Below are positions 53,161 to 64,000 of a stretch of 64,000 bases of DNA, one piece after another (the first letter of the stretch is position 1; every line of letters starts with the position of its first letter). The DNA is from Phaeosaccion multiseriatum. Taxonomy: Eukaryota; Protista; Ochrophyta, other classes. The position numbers were made by a program, and so were the translations under genes. Under the pieces are notes generated by a model. The model saw only the letters and a program-made list of their open reading frames with translations, did not search any database and was not told the DNA's origin. The stretch covers positions 992,001 to 1,056,000 of the forward strand of contig OZ218959.1 in assembly GCA_965112735.1 (NCBI GenBank), written 5' to 3'.

Positions 53161-55658
53161 ATGATGGCGGCTGGGCCACCTGGTGGGGCAGGCGCCGCTT
53201 CTCAGGGTATGACAGGTGCACCTCCACCGCCCCCTATGGGCGCAAGTGGAGCGCCACCGCCGCCGCCGCCGGCGGCTCAACAGCAGGGAGGCGGTCCTCC
53301 GCTCCCGCCCCCGCCCCCTCCGGGAGCTGTGCCAGAAGAAGGCGTTGTCAGCAGCAGCAGCGGCAGCGGCAAACAACCACGGGGAAGGAAGCAGAAGGAC
53401 AAGGAGAGGGAGCGGGCGGAGAAGGAGCGGGCGAGGAAGGAACACTCCCGCAAGATCCTGGCCTTGCAGAACATACAGAGGATGCGGCGGAAGTGGCAAA
53501 AGTCTGGTGAGTGGTGGGAGATAGTGTTGTTACATTACTTTGAGGAACGCGGGAACGCAGGCAGAGAGTGGCGGCGATTGACCAGAGGTAGGAGACTTCG
53601 CGGAGATAAAACAACTGCTCCCGCCTGACTCCCCCCCCCCTGACCTAGCATACCCGCGCCTTCGCCTTCCAAGCCCCCGCACATTCACTCACGTCCTCTC
53701 TCCCCTCTGCCCGTTGCCCTCTCCTCCTCAGGCGAGTTTCTGTGCTCACTCAAGTTCCGCAACCAGCTTCCCGACCCTCCCCTGGGGCCGCACTTCCTTG
53801 AGGTCCCAGCCACCATGGGCGTGGAGCGCTTCGTGGGCTACCAGCCCTCCTCCCTCGACACCAGCGTCAAGTGGAAGCTACACTGCGAGCGCAACCTCGG
53901 CGTGGACATCGATATCATCGACCCTCGCAACTACCTCGTGCCCACAAAGGCCGCGCCTCTGGACCCCGAGGATCAGCGGCTCTTGGACTGGACTGACAAG
54001 GACGGGGCCAGCAGCCGCGCCGGAGACTCTCTGAACCGGATGGAGTGGCGCAAGAATGTGAGTGCGCGTGAGCCCGCCCGCTCTGTATCGCACCGCACTG
54101 CCTCCCTCCTCTCTCTCTCTCTCTCTCTGTCTCTCTCTGTATGTGTTTGGTTCGCTCCTCATGCTTCCCCACCGTTGGGCTGTGCACCTCCGGCCCCTGA
54201 CTCCTTCCCACCCTCCGTCCCTTGCTCCCTCCGTCCGTCTCTCCCCTCCCTACCCTCCCCCCGTCCCTCTCTCCCTCCCTCCCAGGTGGACACGAGCGTG
54301 CCATGGCTGAAGAAGACGCTGTACTTGACCAACGACCCCTTCGAGCCCGTGCACAAGTTCAAGACCACGGCCATCGAGATGGAGGCCGGCGCAGAGAACT
54401 TGCGCAAGAAGATGCAGAGCTCGCGTGTCAGCGACCCTCTCTCAGCCGTGGTGCAGACCTTCTCCGCGGCAAACGCCAATGCCAACGCCAACGCAGGCAG
54501 CAGTAGTGGTAGTAGTGGGGCGGCGGCGGCGGCGGCGGTGGCAGGGCTGCAGCACGGCACAAAGAAGGAGCTGACGGCGGAGTGGTGTGTGCCTGTGGTG
54601 CCCAACTCGGGGCTATGGCCCAACACCTACACTCAGGTGAGATGCCGGGTAGAAAACTGCGTGTAGGCTCCAGTCAGTTGAATAGCTGGGGGTGGAAGGG
54701 TGACGGACACTTGGACGATAGATAAGAGCCCGACCTTCCGCCCCCTCCCACACATCCCTCGCTTTCGTGCTGCTGCTGCTGCTGCTGTTCTCTCGCTCTC
54801 TCTCTCTCTGCTCTCTCTCTCTGTCCATCCTTCTCACTGCAGGTTGTTTTCGACGAGGACCCTTCTGAGGACTACACACAAAGCGCAAATGGCGGCGGCA
54901 GCGGAGACGCAGAGAGGGGAGGGGCCGCAGGAGGAGGAGGAGGGGGGGGGGCGAGTAGCAAGCAGGCACAGACGAGGAAACGAAGGAGAGTGGAGAACGC
55001 ACTGGTGAAGAATGTGCGCAGCACGAGGCAGGCGGGGGGGAAGGACGACTTTCATGCAATCTCCTACCTGCTGCCGGCCGCCAAGGAGCAGGAGGGCGAG
55101 GGAGGAGGGGAAGAGGAGGACGGGGCGGAGGATGAGGAAGGGGAGGGCAGTGGCGACAAGAAGAGGAAGTTCCAGTGGATGAAGGAGTACCGCTTGAGGT
55201 TCGACAGTTACGCCGTGAATCAGCGAGACGGCAACCCCCACTTCCTCTTTCTGTTGGACCAGAACGGTCTGGCGCCCACTTCTTTCTGCCGCATGTCGGC
55301 TCGACTGGACTTGTCTCAGATGCCGGTGTCCGCTAAGCAGAAGAGAGGAAGAGGTGCCATGCTGTCGAGGCGGACTCGCACGCGGCACGAGACTCGAAGC
55401 GCCAAGGAGAAGAGGGGCAATGAGCTCAAGCCCATCGAGGAGGACGAGGACGACGAGGAGGAGGAAGACGAGGACGAGGAAGAGACGGGAGGGGCGGAGG
55501 AGACCAAGGAGGCGGAAGGAGAGGGGGAGGGGAAGAAGGGACAAGCGGCAGCAGCAGAGGGTGGGGGGGGGAAGGGGCGGAAGGAACACACCGAGTCTGA
55601 GGGGTCGGCAGCGCAGTCGGATGGGGCGGCGAGTCCGATGGACAGCGACGAGGACTGA
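53161..55658 (+). CDS. PAF1: RNA polymerase II-associated factor 1 (Paf1), multi-exon
   Basis: EFLCSLKFRNQLPDPP, LHCERNLGVDIDIID, LDPEDQRLL, VPWLKKTLYLT and an acidic C-terminus match the Paf1 family. Confidence 0.85.
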
Positions 55659-56246
55659 AGCAAAAGCCAAAACAATGCAGTAATGGACAGTCACGAGGAC
55701 TGAGGCAAAGCGCAACGGTGGGAGTGTGCGGGATGAACTGTGGTGTGGGAGGAGCGGTGCAGGTCACATTTTGACGGAAGAGAAGCGAAGTGAAGAGGGA
55801 GGAGGGCAACTTGGGCGGCAAGGAGAGGGTGCCATACATGCGGACGAGAGCGAGGGCGGGGCGACGCAGGGAGCAGGCAGGGTGGGCACGGCGAGTGGTG
55901 TGCATGTGTGTCGGGGTGGAGAGAGAGGCTCATCAGTGTGGAGGGCCTTTTCGGTCTGGGCTGGTGAGCACGAGGGAGCGTGGGGCCTGTGCTGCAAGGC
56001 GTCTCCCCTCTCTCCCCTTCTCTTTCACTCGCGAGGCGCAGCAGAGCAAGTCTTAAGTGTCCCACGCCTCACTCCAATAGAAACATGCTTTAAAGTCTCT
56101 CCTCTATTGCGTAAATGTCTAGTCTTGAGTAAAATCTTCTCGATAGCGGAGCAGCCATCAGCTGAAAAGAGCACTGTCGGGGCAGTGATTTGCGGATTTG
56201 CCTCTCTGGCCCAGCCCCACCCTCACCCTTTAGAGCCTCATCCTCA

Positions 56247-57053
56247 TCAGGCCTTGGGCACAAAAGAGGCCTGCACGCTCCTAAAGGCCTTCTCTCGCCT
56301 GCTCCACTGCTTGCGCGGGCAGGTGATGCGCAGCTGCCACAGCTTACCGCGCTGAATGCAAACCGACCGGAGCTCCACAATCTTGTCCGAGTCGAACTGA
56401 TAGTCATAGAACTCTACGCCCTCTGTCGCTCGTTGCCGCGCCCCCTTCACCTCCGCCCCCTTGGCCAGCTTTACCCCCACCTCCCGGAGCGCGCCCAAGT
56501 CCATGAGCTTCGTGTCCGACTTAACAGGAGTGCTGGATACGACAACGGCTTCTACAGCGTTGACAACGTCCACAAACTTGACGTCGTACTCACCCGTCCC
56601 CGCTCCATCGAACATGTTGGATTGGGAAGGCCTCATCAGCCGGAAGCCCCTGTTCACGTCCAGGTAAGACTCGAGCAATCCGCCTTCTGAACTTTTCGAG
56701 GCCGGGACCGAGGTGAACTGCCCTTCTACAAACTTGACGCGCCTCCTCTGTCCCTGTACCGCCTCCTCCTCCTCATCGTAGTCTTCTTCGTCATCAGCGA
56801 AGGAAGGAAGACCACCCGCTACTGCTGTGGAGAGCGCTGCCACAGACACCATCGTACTCTGGAAGAAATGTTGCCGAGTCACTGGGACGTTGCCCGTCCC
56901 TGCTGCCTCTGATGCTGCTCCCTGCTCTGTTGCAGCGGCAGACATGCATAGTTTTGACCCCACTCGCCCTTGGGCTTGAATCGCCGGTGCGAACCCCTCT
57001 GTCGATTTCAACAGCAGGAGAGCAGCAGTAGCGAGCACGCACGCATTCTTCAT
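56247..57053 (-). CDS. PsbP-domain thylakoid lumen protein with tripartite presequence
   Basis: Signal peptide ending TEG-FAP, transit peptide, then a lumen-transfer-like segment (TRQHFF...hydrophobic...SFA). PsbP-like core GFRLMRPS...YDVKFVD...FYDYQF...GKLWQL...QWSRREKAFRSVQASF. Confidence 0.8.
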   Translation of the reverse strand: MKNACVLATAALLLLKSTEGFAPAIQAQGRVGSKLCMSAAATEQGAASEAAGTGNVPVTRQHFFQSTMVSVAALSTAVAGGLPSFADDEEDYDEEEEAVQGQRRRVKFVEGQFTSVPASKSSEGGLLESYLDVNRGFRLMRPSQSNMFDGAGTGEYDVKFVDVVNAVEAVVVSSTPVKSDTKLMDLGALREVGVKLAKGAEVKGARQRATEGVEFYDYQFDSDKIVELRSVCIQRGKLWQLRITCPRKQWSRREKAFRSVQASFVPKA

Positions 57054-57261
57054 GTTCGCTCTATCTCTCTGTCTCTCTGTAACGCGACTTTTCGTCCCTG
57101 TCTCCGTGGGTGGGAAGGCGGATTTGGGCCGACGCAGAGATTTCAGTTTCCAGTTTCAGCTGACCCTGACGATCGATGACCGCCAAATGTGACGACCCTA
57201 CGACACAAGGCGGGCCGGGAGTGTTTCAAGCCGTAGCGAACAGCGTGGAACCGAGTACTTA

Positions 57262-57528
57262 TTCGACCCCTATGCTCTATTGAGCTATCGCTATTGTCGG
57301 CGTCAGCCCCCACGCTATCAGCTTTTCGTCGGCGCAGCCGACGCGCTACCAGCTCTTGCCAACGCTATCAGCTATGCGCCCCTCGACCCTTCCCCCCTCA
57401 GCTATTGGACTAGCTATTGCGCCCGGCGCGGGGGTGGGGGGTGGCCAGCAGCCGGTTCGCTATCAGCTATTGATGTGTGCCAATAGCGCAGCTATCCGCC
57501 ATAGCTCAATAGTGCGTCAGGGGTCAAA
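57262..57528. mobile_element. MITE-like non-autonomous DNA transposon (~267 bp) with ~27-bp imperfect TIRs and CTTA target-site duplication
   Basis: Left end TTCGACCCCTATGCTCTATTGAGCTAT versus reverse complement of the right end TTTGACCCCTGACGCACTATTGAGCTAT. CTTA at 57258-57261 and 57529-57532. Internal repeated (C)GCTATCAGCTAT motifs. Confidence 0.65.
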
Positions 57529-57813
57529 CTTACGGCAGCATCTAAGTCTTCTTTCTTGCAAGCGTGTGTGGGGAGCTTAGATATCAGCCGGGCTCACACA
57601 AACTACGAGACCTGCATTCTTAGGAGATCTTCGGCTTCCTGGTGGTGGTGCTACTACCACTTGCGTCGCTACTCGACGCTCCGCTCTCGAGCTGCTCCGC
57701 TTCCTCCATTCTGGCCGTCGCAATCCTGGAAAGGAGAGAGTTCCAAGGGTTTTGTTACAAACAAGAGGGGGCCTAGCTCCTATAATGACGATTTCGCTTC
57801 CCATTGCACTTAC

Positions 57814-58248
57814 TCACCCTGCATTTCTATTCATGTACAGCACAGCCAGACACGCGAACACAAAAAACATTGCGCTGAGGGGCAGAATGCGCTCGCCCCC
57901 CGCGCTCCGCGCGTCCTCTGGGAGACCCAGCCACACCTTGGAGGGACGAGGGGGGCGAGGGAGGCGAGGGGGGCGTTGGTTAAAGGAGAGGCAGGCAGGT
58001 AGGCTCCTCATGAGAAGCCAGTTCGTATAAGTGAGCGAGACGATAGCACGTACTGCTCGCCGCTCACTACGAGGTGCTGGTTTGCTACGGCGAGCAGCGC
58101 CTTCGCTACAACAGCCAAGAAGGCTTAATCGAGGACTCTCTTCCAAGCAGGAGTCCAGCGTGTGTCGAGGCCCCCCAAGGGACGCGTCATCGATTGGGTG
58201 ACTGACTTGCTCAGCAACAGCCCTGGCACTCTCAGCAAACGTACGCAC

Positions 58249-58291
<43 letters not shown>

Positions 58292-58915
58292 TGAACTGGA
58301 TGGCGGACAGGACCGCTGCCAAGCCGAATGCCCATCCCTTCCAGGGCCGCCTACACCCTACCCAGTCCGACATGCACAGCGCCGCGGCTGCCCCGCTCAT
58401 ATCGAGCCAGCAAGCCTGCAATGACTGCAGGGAGCCGGACTTGTTCACCGCCTTGTACATCTGGGGTGGTGGGCGGGAGACAAAGACGGAGGGCGGGGAC
58501 GGAGCGGACGACAAAGCTCAAGGCCTATCCGCATGAACTAGTCCAGAGCAAGAGATGTCTCTCCATCGCAAGCATCATGCAACTCCGCACCGTGTGGACG
58601 CCCATCGATCATGTGCTCGGCACGCCTCTTGCGTAAGTAGGCCTTGGAGACAGACTGGTGCAGGAGCACTCCCGCTCAGAGTGACAAGGGAGGCTCTACT
58701 AGTCTCACCTGCAAGAAGTTCAGCCCGCCGAGGACGAGCGAAATCCTCCACAACGTGTTGCACCACATTCGATTGAAGTCCAGCGTTTCCTTCGTGAGGG
58801 CCCGTTGTCTGAGAAGAGCTTGCTCCCTCACAAGCTCGGCACCTGCCCCCCCTGATTCTCCCCCAAGTCCCCCCCCGGCTACTTTCCTCCCTCGCACAGA
58901 CGCTCTACTGGTCAT
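57814..58915 (-). CDS. Small multi-exon hypothetical membrane protein
   Basis: Hydrophobic exons TLWRISLVLGGLNFLQ, WAFGLAAVLSAIQFK and ILPLSAMFFVFACLAVLY are linked by plausible GT-AG introns. The 3' end may extend to ~57620. Confidence 0.4.
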
Positions 58916-59552
58916 GTTCCACGTGTGGCCCTACACGCCCGGTAGGCTTAGGCGAAGATACACTACTGAGCCCACTTTTCCTTTGGATTTTTGCCTTCCG
59001 AATGAGATAGAGAGGGAGGGATGGAGAGGGTGTGAATAAGCAACTGAGGCAAGCTGTTTCGGGTAACACGCCTGGAGAGGTTCGGTCGCTCAGGTGAAAG
59101 AGCAGGCACGCAAAGAGCGAGGCATCCTCACCTACTGTATTCACACTCCACACACAGGTTTCACCCCCTCACTCGCTCCCTCCCTCGCCACTCACTCGTT
59201 CCATCATTCCCAAAACACTTACCCGTGCTGTTCTTGCTGGCTTATTTCCTCCTGGAGGTATGATGAGGTCGTCGTGGATCCGTCGTGGAGGGAGGGAGAA
59301 GAGGAGGCATTGATCCGGAAGATCATTCCATCGTTACTATTAGGTAGCGATGGCACTGGATGTCGGGAGAAGAGAGCTATCCTCAGAGGGTAAGAAGGCA
59401 AGAAAAGCACAAAGCAGGATGCGGATGTTGTGGGGGTAACATTCTCGCATTGCGGCGAAAGCATGCTCAGACGAAGGATAACCGGGGCGCCACGACGAAG
59501 GCGTACTCGCCCTTCAACCCGACCCAACGGTGGCGTGGTGGCCCCGATACCC

Positions 59553-62500
59553 ATGCGCCTTCCCCTTCTCCTCTCGACAGTGCTGCTGCTCGTTGCCTTC
59601 CACACAGGCGCGGCTCTCGTCCTCACCCCGATAGGGGCGGGCAAGCGACAGCACTTCTGTCGGAGCAGCAGCAGCAGCAGCAGCAACAGCAGCCGCAGCA
59701 GCAGCAGCACTAACAGCACGGGTGGGAGAAGAGGGAAAGGGCGGCTTTCGCTCGGCCCCAGCCATCAGCACGACCACTATGTGCATCAAAGGTCGCAGGG
59801 TCCATGGTCGCGTAGCAAGCGACGGAACAGGAGTGGAGAGGGGGGAGGTGCTTTCGGCATTCTTGGAGCGTTCAAGATGGCTCGCAACACCTCCACACGG
59901 ACAGCAGCAGCTGGCGGAGCAGCAGGCGGAGCAGCAGGCGGAGCAGCAGGGGCAGCAGCAGGGGCAAGCGCAGCTTTTCGTCGGGCCCCAAATCTGAGCT
60001 CTGTGCCCGTGGTGGGCTCCCTCTTGTCGAGAGTTGGCACTGGCGTGCGGCTGCGGGGGCGCTCCCTGCAGGCGCTGTCCAACTCAGTGGGTGTGTTGGT
60101 AAGGATGCTGTGGCTCAAGATCCCCCTACCCGTGGCTGCCTGGCTCACCAAGCTGGTCAGCACGCCGGAGCTGCTCCTGTGCATATTCTTCCATCTGCTG
60201 GCACAGCAAGGCTTGATGGGTAAGTATGCGTGATGGAGAAGGAAGGAAAGCAGAGCGGTGACTGGTGTGCTCACCCCCTCCCTCCCCGATCCACTGACCT
60301 CTAACCCCTACGCTTTGTGTGCGTGCGTGACGCAGAGTGCTTCAAGACCCAGCAGTACCTCCTGCGTAGGTACCGAAATAGCAACTGGTGGTCCGGTGGT
60401 GGCGAGCAGGCCGGCAGTGCTGGAGGAGGGGCAGGGGGGGAGACAGCGGGGGGGCAGGGAGGGGGGGCGACAGCAGCGCCGGCGGAGGACATTCCCGTGA
60501 ATATGAAGGCCTTTGAGGCCTCCATCTACGGCTTCTTGAGGCCCAGATGTGCGGTGAGTGCGTGAGGTGGAAGTAGGCGTGAGTGGGTGTGTAGGAGTGG
60601 GGGGTGAGTGGTGTTGATGTGGTGGCGGAGAGGGAGCGGACTCGCGGCGCAAACCCCATGTACGTGCCGCTCTCCCGTGTGCGTGGGTCTCTCCCACGGG
60701 TATGCCTCTCCACTCGCTTGTGGGGCTGCGCTGACTGAAGTACCCTCTCTATACATCGACTAAAGTACCCTCTGTATACATCGCCCCTTCACCCCCTGCA
60801 GGAGCTCAAGAAAGTGCTCGCTCTGGCCTACGTGCTGAAGGCCTGCGTGAACGGCGGAATGCTCCTCATGGGCACAGACATGAAGACGGAGATCGCAGAT
60901 GTATGTGTGTGTGTTGGTTGTTTTGAAAATGTCTGTATAGTCTGTATGTAGCGCTTCTGAGGCGTGGCTTGAATCAAACTTGACGGTCAGGCCGCATGCA
61001 TGCAGCGTGGAAAGGAAGGCAAACTGCACTGCACTGCCATCCCCCTCTCCCGCCCTACTGCGCTCTTCTCACTCCCCCCAACCCCCTTCCACGCGTATGA
61101 CCCTCACGCCCCCTCCCCTCCCCCTCTCTCGCCTGGCCTATACGCCTGGCCTATACGCCTGGCCTATACGCCTGGCTGTGATCTGCCCCTCAGCTCGTGT
61201 CTGCGGTGGTGTACACGGTGTACGCGGGCTTCTTCGTGGATGAGGTGAAACGCTTCTTCCTGCCGCAGTGGTGGCCGGAGGTGCGCCTCGACAAGCGGAA
61301 GGGCTTTATCTACCAGGTCAGTTAGTCACTCACTCACTCACACACTCACACACTCACTCACTCACTCACTCACTCACTCACTCAGTGCGAGTGGCAATAA
61401 GTCAGGGTGGGTGTGGCGTCGTTTGCCATTGCCGAGTGCCGGTTAGGGAGAGCACAACAAGAGACACATAAGCACCTGAAAGCACCCCACTGCCTGCGCG
61501 AGGAACGAATAGACAGAAAGCACTCGTCAATGGGCTGCTTGGCTTGGCCGCTTTGCCTGTCCTCTCTGTGCCCTCTCTGTGCGCTCTGCTCTTGTTGAGA
61601 CACTTGGGGTGGGGTGCCCAACTCCGCTCTTCCCACTCCGCTCTCTCCATCTCACGTCCATCTCTCTCCCTCTCTCCCCTCCCTCCCCTCCCTCTCTCCC
61701 TATATCTCCCTCTATCTCCCTCTATCCCTCTATCCCCCTCTCTCTCTCTCCCTCTCTCCCCCTCTCCCTCTCTCCTCTCTCCCTCTCCCTCCCTCTCTCC
61801 CTCTCTCCCTCCCTTTGTCTCTCCCTCTCCCTCCGTCTCTCCCTCTCTCCCAGCGGTCGTCGAGTACTTTGGCGTGGTGCGTGACGGGCTTGGCTGTGAT
61901 GGAGCGCATCTCCGCGTTCTTGCACATCCCCATCACCTCAACCCTCGCCTTTGGTGGTATCGGAGGTCTGGCCTTCGGTCTTGCTTCCAAGGACGTCATC
62001 GCCAACTTCTTCGGGGGGCTCATGTTGCTGCTCTCGGAGCCCTTCACACCAGGTTGGGTTGGAGCTGTCGCTTGCTGACTTACTTACAGTTCTTGCTAAA
62101 TGGGACCGTGTTCGATGTTGTTCGTTCGATATTGATAAGGTCACATAAATGAAAACTGGAAACTGGGGTGGGTCCGCTGGTCCGCTGTACAGGGACGCGT
62201 GGTACCACAACAAGGCGCTGCTCTGACTCTTTCTCTCCCTCCCGGGCTGTCCACCTGTCTGTCTGCCTACCTATCTGCCTGCCTCCCTGGCTGCTTCCCT
62301 TCCTTCCTGCCTTCCTGCCTTCCTGTCTACCCCTGTGCCCATATGCCTCGAGCAGGAGACATGGTGACATTCCGGTTCGGCGGCACTGATTACAAGGGGC
62401 GTGTGGAGCGCGTGGGATGGTACCAGACGCTCATCAGGGGTATAGACACCCGGCCTACATACGTCCCCAACAGCGTGAGTTTGAGCTTGAGCTTCGCGTC

Positions 62501-64000
62501 GTGCCATGCCATTGGCCGTGTGCACTCTTCTTCTACTCTTGCACTGTTTGCGTCTCTTGGAGGGTGGATTAATTCGACCAGCAGCTTGGGCCAGGCAGTC
62601 AGGCAGCCAAGGGTCACTCACTGGTTGGAAGTGGAGATGGAAGTGGAGATGGAAGTGAGGTCCTTTGTCTGTGGGTTACTCTCTGTCTCTGCAAGTGGAG
62701 ATGGAAGTGAGGTCCTTTGTCTGTGGGTTGCTCTCTGTCTCTGCAAGTGGAGATGGAAGTGAGGTCCTTTGTCTGTGGGTTACTCTCTGTCTCTGCAAGT
62801 GGAGATGGAAGTGAGGTCCTTTGTCTGTGGGTTGCTCTCTGTCTCTCCTCTCCCTCAACACCTTATCCCTAATCCTGTCCCTCTCGTCCTCAGGTGTTTG
62901 CCTCCACCATGGTGACGAACATGGTGAGTGAGCAAGAAAGGGGACAAACAAGGGGGCGAGTTGCTTGCGCTTGTCAGGAAAGGCTCCGCGTGTGAGTGAG
63001 TCTTCGCCGGCAAGTGGGCAAATCACACCCTTCCTTGCCCTTACTTACTCTTACTTACGATACGTCGCCCCTTCTGACCCGCCCTCCCTTCTCTCCCCTC
63101 TCTCACTGCAGGACCGCATCACCCACCGGCGCTTCGAGGCCTTCTTCACGCTTCGCTACGCCGACGTGCAGAAGGTGGGACAGGTCACTTACACACACGG
63201 ACTGACACTTACCGACACACACGGACTGACACTTACCGACACACACGGACTGACACTTACCGACACACACGGACTGACACTTACCGACACACACGGACTG
63301 ACACTTACCGACACACACGGCAGAGCTTGTGCGCGTGTCCGCCCTTCTCTCCGTCCTGCTTTATATTCACGCCAGTCCTGTTGTGTATTGACGTGTGTGA
63401 ATTAACGACTCTTCCTCCTCCTCCTCCTCCTCCTCCTCCTCCTCCTCCTCCTCCTCCTCCTCCTCCTCCTCCTCCTCTTCCTCCTCCTTCTCCTCCTCCT
63501 CCTCCTTCTCCAAATCCTCCCCATAGGTGAGCGCGATATGTGCGGCGGTCAAGGCTGGCCTCAAGGAGCTTCCCAAGCTTGACCTCCTCAGTCAGCCCTT
63601 CCGCATGCACCTCACAGAGTTCTCAGAGGTGAGCAGCGAGAAGGCAGTGGATGGGCAGTACATGGGGGGATGGATGGAAGTGGATGGTGCAGGGGTGGAT
63701 GGCAGTGGATGTAGGGGGTTGGATGGGAGGGCTCACCCGGCCCTGCGGCGTGTGACACGTGACTTGGCTTGACTGACTTGATTTGTGACGTGTACTTACG
63801 TACTCTCACGTACTTGCATCCACCCACAGGGGGGCCTGCGTATGACGGTGAGCTGCTACTTCGCCACGAAGAGCTTCGACGAGTTCCTGGAGCACCAACA
63901 GGTCAGGGAGGGGAGGGGATGGGAGGTGGGAGGGGAGGGGGGAGTGCCCAGTCTGAAGGGAAGGCGGCTCAGAAGGGGGGTCAGGGATCGGGCACAGGGC
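59553..64000 (+). CDS. Small-conductance mechanosensitive channel (MscS family) with N-terminal signal/transit peptide; continues past the window
   Basis: [61 protein letters not shown]...VTNMDRITHRR and TLRYADV are MscS TM3 and beta-domain signatures. Confidence 0.88.
62643..62845. repeat. Intronic minisatellite, 52-bp unit x ~4
   Basis: Units start at 62643, 62695, 62747 and 62799 (GTGGAGATGGAAGTGAGGTCCTTTGTCTGTGGG...). Confidence 0.9.
63190..63320. repeat. Intronic minisatellite, 24-bp unit x ~5 (ACACACGGACTGACACTTACCGAC)
   Basis: Near-perfect tandem copies just after a splice donor. Confidence 0.9.

Overview
Eukaryotic, GC-rich DNA full of introns and microsatellites. It most likely comes from a photosynthetic stramenopile (ochrophyte alga), since several proteins carry a signal peptide plus an ASAFAP-like plastid-targeting motif. 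About 15 mostly spliced genes can be read, many in head-to-head pairs: a >15 kb gene with an EF-hand-like N-terminus and about four degenerate PhoD-like modules; a Dpy-30/RIIa-motif coiled-coil protein; a class-3 lipase homologue lacking its catalytic Ser; an ankyrin/LRR protein; a plastid-type inositol dehydrogenase; a Sel1-repeat protein; a GAF-like/TKL kinase; a CCCH-WD40 protein; PAF1; a PsbP-domain protein; a small membrane protein; and an MscS channel. The standout structure is a ~15 kb inverted duplication (~18.0-22.7 kb and ~29.2-33.1 kb). Each arm holds a divergently transcribed pair: an atypical HSPA12-like Hsp70 and an intronless coiled-coil protein ending in a GrpE/MIEAP-like motif. 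The Hsp70 ATPase region and intron 1 are nearly identical between arms, but the substrate-binding region has diverged strongly. This suggests a dedicated, diversifying Hsp70 + exchange-factor module (inference). A small MITE-like element lies at ~57.3-57.5 kb. Exon boundaries were inferred by eye from GT/AG sites and frame continuity; no database searches were run.
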